From positions 128,001-192,000 of the forward strand of contig CAVQYR010000001.1 in NCBI GenBank assembly GCA_963718235.1: DNA of 64,000 nucleotides, written 5' to 3'. Under the pieces are notes generated by a model. The model searched no databases, had not been told where the DNA came from, and saw only the letters and a list, made by a program, of their open reading frames with translations. The position numbers and the translations under genes were made by a program. This stretch comes from an uncultured Actinomycetota bacterium (GTDB lineage: Bacteria > Actinomycetota > Actinomycetes > JAHEKZ01). This document shows, piece after piece, positions 55,920 to 64,000 of the stretch (position 1 is its first letter; the number at the start of each line of letters is the position of its first letter).

Positions 55920-56336
55920 CTACAGGTCGGGCAGGACGGCTTCTGCCACGTCGGCAGGGATCCTGATCTGGTCGATGACCACAGCATCGCTGTGGCGCAG
56001 GGCGTCGACGAACGTACGCGCCCAGACGTTCTCCCAGGCGATGAGGGCCACCGAGCTGTTCGGCTCGAGGTCGTCGGAGATCTCCTGGGCGTCCTCGTCG
56101 TTGAGTGCACCCGGCGCATGCAGCTCGAGCCCCGAGAACTGGGCGCCGACCTCGGGGTCGAGGTCGACGAGGTCGAAGGACCCGAGATTGCCCTCGGCGT
56201 CCTTGACCACGAACAGCAGGTCCAGCACTCGCACCGTGCCCGAGGACACGAGATCGGCAAGCGCAGGTGCGATCTTCCCGGTGAACTTGTTTCCAGGGAA
56301 GGCGATGATGGCCACATCGACCGGACCTAGGCCCAT
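55920..56336 (-). CDS. DUF6325-like conserved protein
   Basis: GPVD..IIAFPGNKFTG.IAPAL.DLV..G.VRVLDL, WENVWA, RIP; typically paired with the SHOCT gene. Confidence 0.8.
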   Translation of the reverse strand: MGLGPVDVAIIAFPGNKFTGKIAPALADLVSSGTVRVLDLLFVVKDAEGNLGSFDLVDLDPEVGAQFSGLELHAPGALNDEDAQEISDDLEPNSSVALIAWENVWARTFVDALRHSDAVVIDQIRIPADVAEAVLPDL

Positions 56337-56584
56337 GAATCCCTCCACGTCGTCGTTGCTGAGGACCGCACCCCGTCGCGTGGCGCGTCTGACGCACCCT
56401 AACGGCAGCCGACCGGACCTGCCACCGGCCACAGCATGTAGCGGGGGCCGGTGACGAGTGGTCGGCGGGACAGTCGAGGACCAGGCTCGACTCGGGTCGC
56501 CGGTGTCACCCGTTCGCCCGTCGACCCTCGATCCGAAGTCCGGACCATGGGACCATTCCGCGACGACACACCACCGGAGGACCC

Positions 56585-57403
56585 ATGGCCGTCAGTCGAC
56601 CGATTCGGCGAGCACTCGCAGTAGCCGTGGCAACGGCTGCACTGGCGACGCTCACCGCCGCACCGGCCACTGGCACGGCGACCACGGTCAAGCCCCTGCC
56701 GGTCAACGCGAAGTGGGACTACCAGATCGGCCAGGCCTACCGACCGCCCGCTGGCGTCAGGGTCGTCTCACGCGACCGTGAGGCGCGACCCCCGAAGTCC
56801 GGCTACGCGATCTGCTACGTCAACGCGTTCCAGGCCCAGCCGCAGGAGGCGAGGTGGTGGAAGAGCAAGCACCGCAACCTGCTGCTCCGGCGGGCTGACG
56901 GCAGCTTCGTGGTCGACAGCTCCTGGGGAGAGATCCTGTTCGACGTCGGAACACCGTCGAAGCGCCAGGCCCTCGCCCGCATCGTCGGGCGGTGGATCAG
57001 CGGGTGCGCACGTGACGGTTTCGACGCCGTCGAGCCGGACAACCTCGACTCGTGGACGCGTTCGAAGGGCCTGCTCAGTCGCGGCCAGGCGTTCGCGTTC
57101 GCCGCGCTGTTGGTCGACCGGTCGCACGCCGAGGGCCTGGCCATCGCCCAGAAGAACGCCGCGGGCAGCGTCGAGCGCGGCGTCGAGGTGGGGTTCGACT
57201 TCGCCGTCGCCGAGGAGTGCGGGCGCTGGCACGAGTGCGGCGCCTACGCCCGGGCCTACGACGACCGGGTCCTGGTGGTGGAGTACCGGGACGTCGACTT
57301 CACCCGCACCTGCACGCACTGGGGCGACCGGCTCTCGGTCATCCGACGAGACCGGATGGTGCGCGGGCCAGGGGCCGCCAGCTACCGGTACGACGCCTGC
57401 TGA
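56585..57403 (+). CDS. secreted endo-alpha-1,4-polygalactosaminidase (GH114-like)
   Basis: Signal peptide; WDYQIG, ICYVNAFQ, GFDAVEPDNLDS, AIAQKN, FDFAVAEEC. Confidence 0.88.
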   Translation: MAVSRPIRRALAVAVATAALATLTAAPATGTATTVKPLPVNAKWDYQIGQAYRPPAGVRVVSRDREARPPKSGYAICYVNAFQAQPQEARWWKSKHRNLLLRRADGSFVVDSSWGEILFDVGTPSKRQALARIVGRWISGCARDGFDAVEPDNLDSWTRSKGLLSRGQAFAFAALLVDRSHAEGLAIAQKNAAGSVERGVEVGFDFAVAEECGRWHECGAYARAYDDRVLVVEYRDVDFTRTCTHWGDRLSVIRRDRMVRGPGAASYRYDAC

Positions 57404-57413
57404 ACCCACCCGG

Positions 57414-58335
57414 TCACGCATTCATCCCGTCCGCGGCGAGCTCGGCTCCGGCGCGTCTCGGGCCCGCCGCGATGAGGGCAGCCAGGGCGCTCGCTGACAC
57501 CACGAGACACCATGCCGACGACCTGGTTGGCCGCGAGTCGCTGGCCGAGGACGACGAAGCCGGCCAGCGCCGCAACGGCCGGGTGCACGCTCATCATCAC
57601 GCCGAACAGCCGTGGTGGCACCACGCGTAGCGCACGCATGTCCGCGCTGTGCGGGACCACCGAGCTCAGCACGGCAACCGCGATCCCGAGCAGCAGCACG
57701 TCCAGCGTCAGCAACTGCGGCCCGGCCTGGGGGAGCGACCACGGCGCCACGACGAGTGCCGCCAACAAGGCCGCAAGGGGAAGAGCACCCTCGACCCCGG
57801 CCCGTGCGAGCAGGGAGTTGAACGTGATGTAGGCGGCCCAGCCGGCTGCAGCACCCAGGGCGAAGACGACGCCGACGAGCTGGGCACCGTCCAGCCCCCC
57901 GGCCAGGACGACGACGCCGAGACCGGCAACCGCCGCGATCGCCAGGTCTCTGGGCCGCCGGGACAGGGCCACGGCAACCGCGAGCGGGCCGACGAACTCC
58001 ACGGTGATGACCGCGCCCAGGGGCATCCGGTCGATCGCCGCGTACAGGGACAGAATCATCAGTGCCATGGACAGGCCGAGCCCACCGGCCAGGAGCAGGT
58101 GGCTTCGCGGTCGGCCCCGAAGGCGCAGGCCGCCGATCGCGACGAGCACCACGGCTGCCAGGGACAACCGCAGGCCGACGGTCGCCGACGTCCCGATCAG
58201 CGGGAAGAGCGTCGCCGCTAGCGCCGCGCCGAACTGCACCGACACCACGCCGGTGAACACCAGGCCGACCCCGCGTGCCTGCTCTCGGGGTGAGCCGACC
58301 AGCCCCTGCTCCGCGGAGCCACGGCCGTCGGTCAT
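57414..58335 (-). CDS. EamA/RhtA-like DMT transporter; apparent +1 frameshift near 57507
   Basis: SVQFGAALA..LF, RMPLG...TVEFVGPL, WAAYI, LSSVVP; removing one base restores last TM GMVLVVSASALA. Confidence 0.85.
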
Positions 58336-58426
58336 GCCCGGACGGTACCGGCGCCCAGTGAGGGACGAGCTCGACCTCCCAGATCGTCGCCTCGGGGCAT
58401 TCCTCCAACGATTCTGCTCAACCCCC

Positions 58427-58475
58427 TTGCCTAAGTTACCGATCAGTAGCACGATGGATGTTACTGACGGGTAGC
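58427..58475 (+). promoter_or_regulatory. putative promoter (TTGCCT-N17-CACGAT) with two GTTAC-N6-GTAGC operator-like sites
   Basis: Sites at 58435-58450 and 58460-58475 upstream of the acyl-CoA dehydrogenase. Confidence 0.55.
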
Positions 58476-58513
58476 CTCGCTGCAGGCGGGGACGGGTACG
58501 GGAGGACGACGCC

Positions 58514-60343
58514 ATGGGCCACTACCGGGCCAACCTGCGTGACATCGAGTTCACCTTGTTCGAGGTGCTCGACCGGCAGTCCCTGATGGGCCAGGGTCGC
58601 TACGCCGACCTCGACCTCGACACGGCCAAGGCGCTGCTGGCCGAGATCGAGCACCTGGCCACGACCACACTGTCCGACGCCTTCGCGGTGGGCGACCGCA
58701 CCCCGCCGGTCTTCGACCCCACCACGCACAGCGTCACCATGCCGCCGGAGTTCGCGGCCGTTTTCAAGACGTACATGGACGGAGGGTGGGCCGAGCTCGA
58801 CCTGCCGGCCGAGCTGGGTGGCAGCCCGATGCCGCCGTCGGTGCGCTGGGCGATCGCCGAGATGGTCCTCGGCTCCAACCCCGGCGTACACCTGTACTCG
58901 TCGGGACCGGCGTTCTGCCATGTGTTCTGGACCCTGGCCACCGACGAGCAGAAGCAGTGGGCGCAGGTGTGGGCGCAGCGCAAGTGGGGCGCCACGATGG
59001 TGCTCACCGAGCCTGACGCCGGCAGCGACGTCGGCGCGGGTCGGGCCAAGGCCGTCAAGCAGGACGACGGCTCATGGCACATCACCGGCGTGAAGCGCTT
59101 CATCACCTCCGCCGAGCACGACATGAGCGACAACATCGTGCACCTGGTGCTCGCCCGTCCTGAGGGACACGGGGTCGGCACCAAGGGCCTGTCCCTGTTC
59201 TTCGTCCCGAAGTTCCACGTCGACTGGGCGACCGGGGAGCTGTTGGAGCGCAACGGCGTCTACGCCACCAACGTCGAGCACAAGATGGGCATCAAGGTGT
59301 CGACAACCTGCGAGCTCACCTTCGGCGACCGCGAGCCGGCGGTCGGCTGGCTCGTCGGTGAGGTGCACGACGGCATCGCGCAGATGTTCAAGATCATCGA
59401 GTTCGCCCGGATGATGGTCGGCACCAAGGCCATCGCCACCATGTCGACCGGCTACCTGAACGCGCTGGAGTACACCAAGACCCGGGTGCAGGGCGCCGAC
59501 CTCACGCAGATGCTCGACAAGACGGCGCCTCGGGTCACGGTGATCCACCACCCCGACGTCCGGCGCTCACTGATGACCCAGAAGGCATACGCCGAGGGCA
59601 TGCGCGCCCTGGTGCTGTACACGGCGTCGATCCAGGACGCGATCGCCGTCAAGCAGGCCGCAGGCGACGACTTCGTCGCCGAGGACGCCATGAACGACCT
59701 GCTCCTGCCGATCGTGAAGGGCTACGGGTCGGAGAAGTCCTACGCCCTGCTCGGCAGTGAGTCGCTGCAGTGCTTCGGCGGGTCCGGGTACCTGCAGGAC
59801 TACCCCCTCGAGCAGTACGTGAGGGACGCGAAGATCGACACCCTCTACGAGGGGACCACTGCGATCCAGGGGCTCGACCTGTTCTTCCGCAAGATGGTCC
59901 GCAACAACTTCCAGGCCGTCACCGCGCTCGGACAGCAGATCGCCGAGACCACCAAGGCTGGCGAGGGTGACGATCCCCTCGCCGCCGAGCGGGCGCTGCT
60001 GGCCAAGGCCCTGGACGACGTCCAGGCCATGATCGGCGGACTCGCTGGGTTCGCGCTGGCGTCGCAGAGTGATCCGACCGAGCTGTACCGGGTCGGGCAG
60101 AACACCTCACGGCTGCTGTTCGCCGTCGGCGACCTCGTCGTCGGCTGGCTGTTGCTGCGTCAGGCCGAGGTAGCCACGGCCGCGCTGCCGACTGCGACTG
60201 GTGCCGACGTCGACTTCTACACCGGCAAGGTGGCCGCAGCTCGCTGGTTCGCCGCCCAGGTGCTGCCCCAGCTGACCGCACAGCGGGCGATCCTGGAGGG
60301 CACCGACAACTCCCTGATGGAGCTCCCCGAGTCCGCCTTCTGA
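58514..60343 (+). CDS. acyl-CoA dehydrogenase (FadE5-like)
   Basis: [65 protein letters not shown]. Confidence 0.93.
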   Translation: MGHYRANLRDIEFTLFEVLDRQSLMGQGRYADLDLDTAKALLAEIEHLATTTLSDAFAVGDRTPPVFDPTTHSVTMPPEFAAVFKTYMDGGWAELDLPAELGGSPMPPSVRWAIAEMVLGSNPGVHLYSSGPAFCHVFWTLATDEQKQWAQVWAQRKWGATMVLTEPDAGSDVGAGRAKAVKQDDGSWHITGVKRFITSAEHDMSDNIVHLVLARPEGHGVGTKGLSLFFVPKFHVDWATGELLERNGVYATNVEHKMGIKVSTTCELTFGDREPAVGWLVGEVHDGIAQMFKIIEFARMMVGTKAIATMSTGYLNALEYTKTRVQGADLTQMLDKTAPRVTVIHHPDVRRSLMTQKAYAEGMRALVLYTASIQDAIAVKQAAGDDFVAEDAMNDLLLPIVKGYGSEKSYALLGSESLQCFGGSGYLQDYPLEQYVRDAKIDTLYEGTTAIQGLDLFFRKMVRNNFQAVTALGQQIAETTKAGEGDDPLAAERALLAKALDDVQAMIGGLAGFALASQSDPTELYRVGQNTSRLLFAVGDLVVGWLLLRQAEVATAALPTATGADVDFYTGKVAAARWFAAQVLPQLTAQRAILEGTDNSLMELPESAF

Positions 60344-60428
60344 CGTATCCGGCACCGCCACGCCCTGCCTCGCCGCGGTTCGTGGACACGGCCGGAACGA
60401 TCGCGGAGCCCACTGCGTTTGCCCGAGC

Positions 60429-60734
60429 ATGGGCACCCTGTTCGCGATGACGCTCCCGGCGCTGGTCCTCGGGCTCGTCGCGCTCGGGATCTGGGACCTG
60501 CTGCGGTCACGAGCGACCCGACGTCCGCGGACCGGCACCGCGTTGGCCGGGTTCCAGGTGCTCGACGGGGTCTTCACACCGAGCAAGGTGCACGAGATGG
60601 AGGAGCGCCAACGGGTCGAGCTGATGCGTGACGACGTCGACGACGGCGCGCCGCCGTTCAGCCAGATCGACCTGGAGTCCGGGAGGGCCCGGCTCGTGGT
60701 CCCGGTCAGGGGCGACGAAGCGCCAGCCAGGTGA
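60429..60734 (+). CDS. small actinobacterial membrane-anchored protein (DUF6191-like)
   Basis: MTLP.LV TM, F.P.K.HE.EER, RDD..DGAPP...IDL.SG. Confidence 0.65.
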   Translation: MGTLFAMTLPALVLGLVALGIWDLLRSRATRRPRTGTALAGFQVLDGVFTPSKVHEMEERQRVELMRDDVDDGAPPFSQIDLESGRARLVVPVRGDEAPAR

Positions 60735-61317
60735 ACGGCTGCTCGGCCGCCCACGGCGTGAGATGCACCAGGCGGCGCTCGGCGACGACGTCCAGGTCGG
60801 CACCGAGGGCATCGTGCAGCGCAGCAGCGTCGTAGCGCTGGACCGGCAGCCCCGAGCACTGCGCAGGGCCGTCCGCCGCGAAGGTCGCGACGACCGCGAG
60901 GCCGCCGGGTGGCAGCGCGTCGCGCATCCGTGCCGCATAGTGGTTGCGGTCAGCGGGGTCGGTGAGGAAGTGGAACACGGCACGGTCGTGCCACACGTCA
61001 AAGGTCCGCTCCGGTACCCATCGAGTGACGTCGGCCACGACCCAGTGCACCCCACGTGACTCATCGCCCAGACGCGCTTGGGCGCGGGCAAGTCCTTGCC
61101 CTGAGACGTCGAGCACGGTGACGTCGGAGTGCCCTCGTGCGAGCAACGAGTCGACGAGCACCGACGCACCGCCCCCGACGTCGAGCACCGACGCTTCCAC
61201 CGTCACACCGCACGCGTCCAGCATGTTGACGCTGTGTGCCGCGTCACGCTGGAACCAGCTCACGGCGTCCTCGGCCCTGGTGCCGTAGACGCTGTCCCAG
61301 TGCTCCGCTCCACTCAT
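60706..61317 (-). CDS. class I SAM-dependent methyltransferase
   Basis: HWD.VY..VSW, LDVGGGAS.L, WHDRAVFHFL, GP.QCSGLPV. Confidence 0.9.
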   Translation of the reverse strand: MSGAEHWDSVYGTRAEDAVSWFQRDAAHSVNMLDACGVTVEASVLDVGGGASVLVDSLLARGHSDVTVLDVSGQGLARAQARLGDESRGVHWVVADVTRWVPERTFDVWHDRAVFHFLTDPADRNHYAARMRDALPPGGLAVVATFAADGPAQCSGLPVQRYDAAALHDALGADLDVVAERRLVHLTPWAAEQPFTWLALRRP

Positions 61318-63137
61318 GACGGGGTCTCGGCTCCGGCGAGCACGAGCGTGACGGCATCAGCGCCACCAGGGGCCACCTCAACCGGCACACCCCAGTCCTG
61401 CTGGTGCACATGGCAGGCAGGGTTCTCGGCGGTCTCGTCGTCGCACGACGCCGCCCGGGCGGAGATGTGCAGGACGGCGTCGGCAACAGCGTCGGAGACG
61501 ACGACGTCGCGGTGCAGCTCGACACCGTGCCCGGCACCGGAGGCGAGCAACCCTGACGGAGACGAAGACACCGTGAGAAAGGTCGACGGTCCGTACCGGT
61601 CGTCCAGCTTCTGCCCGTGCGGCGGCTGGAAGACGACTCGGACTCGAACCAGACCGGGGCCGAGCTGCATCGGCGGGCGTCTCGTTCGACGAGAGTCGCC
61701 GTCGACCCGCCGCGCTGCCTCGGGCAGCCGAACCCTGGTGATCCGGTGCGCCGCGGACTCCACGACCACCAGGTGCTCGCCTTCGACGAGCACGTCGCTC
61801 GGCTCGTTCAGGTCAGTGGTCAGTGTCATCAGCTCGTGGGTCGCGGGATCGAACCGGCGGATGGTCCCGTTGTAGGTGTCGGCCACGGCGATGCTGCCGT
61901 CGGGCAGGACGGCCAGCCCCAACGGGTGCTGCATCAGCGCCTTCGCTGCGTCACCGTCGACGTGCCCGAAGTCGAAGAGTCCCTGCCCGACGACGGTGTT
62001 CACGACGTCGTTGTGGACGCGGCGCAGGCTCGAGGTCTCGGAGTCGACGAACCACAGCGTGTCGCCATCGCTCGCCAGTCCCGACGGCTGCGCCAGCCAT
62101 GCCTCGGTGGCCGGTCCGTCGACCAGGCCTTCGTTCGCCGTTCCGGCCCGAACGCTCAGCGCAGGTGTCACGGGATCGAACGACCACAGCTGGTGGGTGC
62201 CCGCCATCGCGACGGCCACCTCGTGCCACCCCGGGTGCCAGACGACGTCCCAGGGAGAGCTGAGCGGCACCGCTGGGTCGGAGTCGGAAGGCCGTGGGTC
62301 GCCGTGCATCCACTGCGTGCCGGTGCCGGCGACCGTGGTCACGTGACCGTCAGCAAGCCGTACGCCACGCAGCGCATGGTTGACGGTGTCAGCGACCACC
62401 ACGTCGTAGCCGCACCGGGAGGCGACCTCCGGGGGCAGCAGGCACAGCCCGTTGGGCTCGTTGAACCTCGCGCTCGCCGGATCACCGTCGGCCAGGCCGC
62501 GCACCCCGCTGCCGATCCGTCGTAGCAACGTCTCGCCGTCGGCCGCCAGCTCGGCGAGGCTGTGGTGACCGGCGTCGGCGACGAGCAGGGTGTCGTCGAC
62601 GAGCCGCACCGCTCTTGCCGGGAAGCGCAGTGTGGTCGGTTCCGGGGTGGGCGCGACGTACGGCCCGTCGCCCCGGCGCAGGGCTCCCGTCGCCTCGTGG
62701 TCGACGACCAGCTGGGCGACCAGGGCATCGAGGGCGTGGGCGTGCCCCTCACCGGAGTGCTGGGCGACGACGTAGCCCTCGGGGTCGACGACGACCAGGG
62801 TCGGCCAGGCGCGTACGGCGTACTGCTGCCAGGTCGTGAGGTCCGGGTCGTCGAGTACCGGGTGCGCCACCCCGTACCGCTCGACCGCCGCGGCCAGGGC
62901 CGTGGGGTCGGCCTCGTGGGCGAACTTCGGCGAGTGCACCCCGACGACGGCCAGCACGTCGCGGTACTTCTCCTCCAGCGGCCGCAGCTCGTCGAGCACA
63001 TGCAGGCAGTTCACACAGCAGAAGGTCCAGAAGTCCAGCAGCACGATCCGCCCGCGCAGCTCGCGCAGCGAGAGGTCCCGGCCGCCGGTGTTCAGCCACC
63101 CGCGCCCGGTGAGCTCAGGTGCCCGGAGTCGAACCAC
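61314..63137 (-). CDS. thioredoxin-like + NHL repeat protein
   Basis: LDFWTFCCVNC, GVHSPKF, RAWPT; NHL repeats (VADAGHH, FNEPNG, VADTVNH, AQPSG, QHPLG, VADTYN). Confidence 0.92.
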   Translation of the reverse strand: MVRLRAPELTGRGWLNTGGRDLSLRELRGRIVLLDFWTFCCVNCLHVLDELRPLEEKYRDVLAVVGVHSPKFAHEADPTALAAAVERYGVAHPVLDDPDLTTWQQYAVRAWPTLVVVDPEGYVVAQHSGEGHAHALDALVAQLVVDHEATGALRRGDGPYVAPTPEPTTLRFPARAVRLVDDTLLVADAGHHSLAELAADGETLLRRIGSGVRGLADGDPASARFNEPNGLCLLPPEVASRCGYDVVVADTVNHALRGVRLADGHVTTVAGTGTQWMHGDPRPSDSDPAVPLSSPWDVVWHPGWHEVAVAMAGTHQLWSFDPVTPALSVRAGTANEGLVDGPATEAWLAQPSGLASDGDTLWFVDSETSSLRRVHNDVVNTVVGQGLFDFGHVDGDAAKALMQHPLGLAVLPDGSIAVADTYNGTIRRFDPATHELMTLTTDLNEPSDVLVEGEHLVVVESAAHRITRVRLPEAARRVDGDSRRTRRPPMQLGPGLVRVRVVFQPPHGQKLDDRYGPSTFLTVSSSPSGLLASGAGHGVELHRDVVVSDAVADAVLHISARAASCDDETAENPACHVHQQDWGVPVEVAPGGADAVTLVLAGAETPS

Positions 63138-63159
63138 CGCCCCAGTCTCCCACCCGATC

Positions 63160-63200
63160 TCGCGCCCGATCAGGCCCGATTCGGGCGCGATCGGGCGCGA
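63160..63200. repeat. family B palindrome copy 2
   Basis: tcgcgcccgatcaggcccga-t-tcgggcgcgatcgggcgcga, closely related to the core of 49267-49321. Confidence 0.75.
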
Positions 63201-63202
63201 AG

Positions 63203-63994
63203 TCAGCGCAGCCGGCGGGCGAGAGCCTCCGGAATCACGGTGTTGGGGTCACGCAGGTCGGGGTCACGCAGCTCGCCCATTGCAGCCCGCGTGCCGACGA
63301 GTCCGGCGTACAGCGGGGGACAGGTCGGGCAGGAAGCGAGGTGCTGCTCGAGCACCCGACGGTCGGACTGCGGCAGCTCGTCGTCCAGGTAGTCCGACAC
63401 CTTGGCGCGGGCGTCCCAGCAACGCATCGGCACTCCCTTCAACGCGTGACGACGCTCGGCACCCAGCGCCAGCGCGGTGACGAGCATCATCCGACCGCGG
63501 CGCAGGCGCTGCTTCGCACCGGGTAGCCCAATGTCTTGCACAGCGGCGACCTCGCGCACGGTGAGACCCTCGGCGTCGTGCAGGACCACGGCTGACCGGT
63601 AGATGACCGGAAGCCGCGCCAAGGCGTCCTCGAGCTCGAGGCGGGTCTCCGCCCGTTCGACCACCACAGCTGAGTCGACGGTGTACGCGTCGTCGGACCA
63701 CTTGCGCTCGACCTCCAGCGCATCCGCCTCGTCGTCGGCGGGGCTGGAGAGATCTCCCACCGCGACCTCGCGGTCACGCCGCCCGGCATCTACCGCCAGG
63801 TTGTGCAGCACCCGGTGCAGCCAGGTCCGCAAGGACGACTCCCCACGAAACGTGTCGCCGCGCTCGAGGGCGCGGGTCAGGGTCTCCTGCACGAGGTCCT
63901 CGGCACGTTCGGGGTCCCGGGTCAGCGTGCGCGCGTAGCGCAGCAGGCCCGGGACCTCGTCGGCCAGTCGATCGGCGTCGATGCTCACCCGCAC
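63203..63994 (-). CDS. ECF sigma factor with fused C-terminal zf-HC2 (ZAS) domain; may start upstream of the window
   Basis: AEDLVQET, SLRTWL.R, LP..YR..VVL.D.EG (sigma 2/4); C...R..VSDYLDDEL......HLASCPTC. Confidence 0.88.
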   Translation of the reverse strand: MRVSIDADRLADEVPGLLRYARTLTRDPERAEDLVQETLTRALERGDTFRGESSLRTWLHRVLHNLAVDAGRRDREVAVGDLSSPADDEADALEVERKWSDDAYTVDSAVVVERAETRLELEDALARLPVIYRSAVVLHDAEGLTVREVAAVQDIGLPGAKQRLRRGRMMLVTALALGAERRHALKGVPMRCWDARAKVSDYLDDELPQSDRRVLEQHLASCPTCPPLYAGLVGTRAAMGELRDPDLRDPNTVIPEALARRLR

Positions 63995-64000
63995 GAAACT

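Noticed and set aside
56505-56512. attR copy of the tRNA-Gly 3' end
   Set aside because: Only an 8-bp match, expected by chance in GC-rich DNA.
63245-63275. 15-bp duplication (LRDPD-LRDPN) in the sigma factor tail
   Set aside because: Simple in-frame slippage duplication in a variable tail with no functional signal.

Overview
High-GC actinobacterial chromosome segment. The backbone is housekeeping: purL(partial)-purQ-purS, purC-purB, purD, purA, pyrE, dcd, galE, a dnaK-grpE-dnaJ-hspR-clpB cluster with a HAIR operator and SigH/SigR-type promoter, tRNA-Gly(CCC), and fatty-acid/redox enzymes. The main unusual region is a ~15.5 kb signalling locus (8134-23603) between purD and purB. It has a divergent BTAD-ATPase-TPR regulator, a soluble PP2C phosphatase/RsbW-like kinase fusion carrying what looks like only the C-terminal part of a GAF domain, two STAS proteins, a hypothetical protein, and eight tandem, translationally coupled paralogous multi-TM proteins. 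The eight have variable N-terminal membrane regions and a conserved tail that stops after what looks like the first two helices and first strand of a GAF domain. My hypothesis (inference) is a split-GAF plug-in receptor array feeding one shared partner-switching enzyme. Also seen: two families of short palindromic repeats, one bracketing an orphan membrane gene like a cassette; two fused ECF sigma architectures; and four probable +1 indels, one producing an apparent DnaK-GrpE fusion. All family calls come from motif recognition by eye, without database searches.
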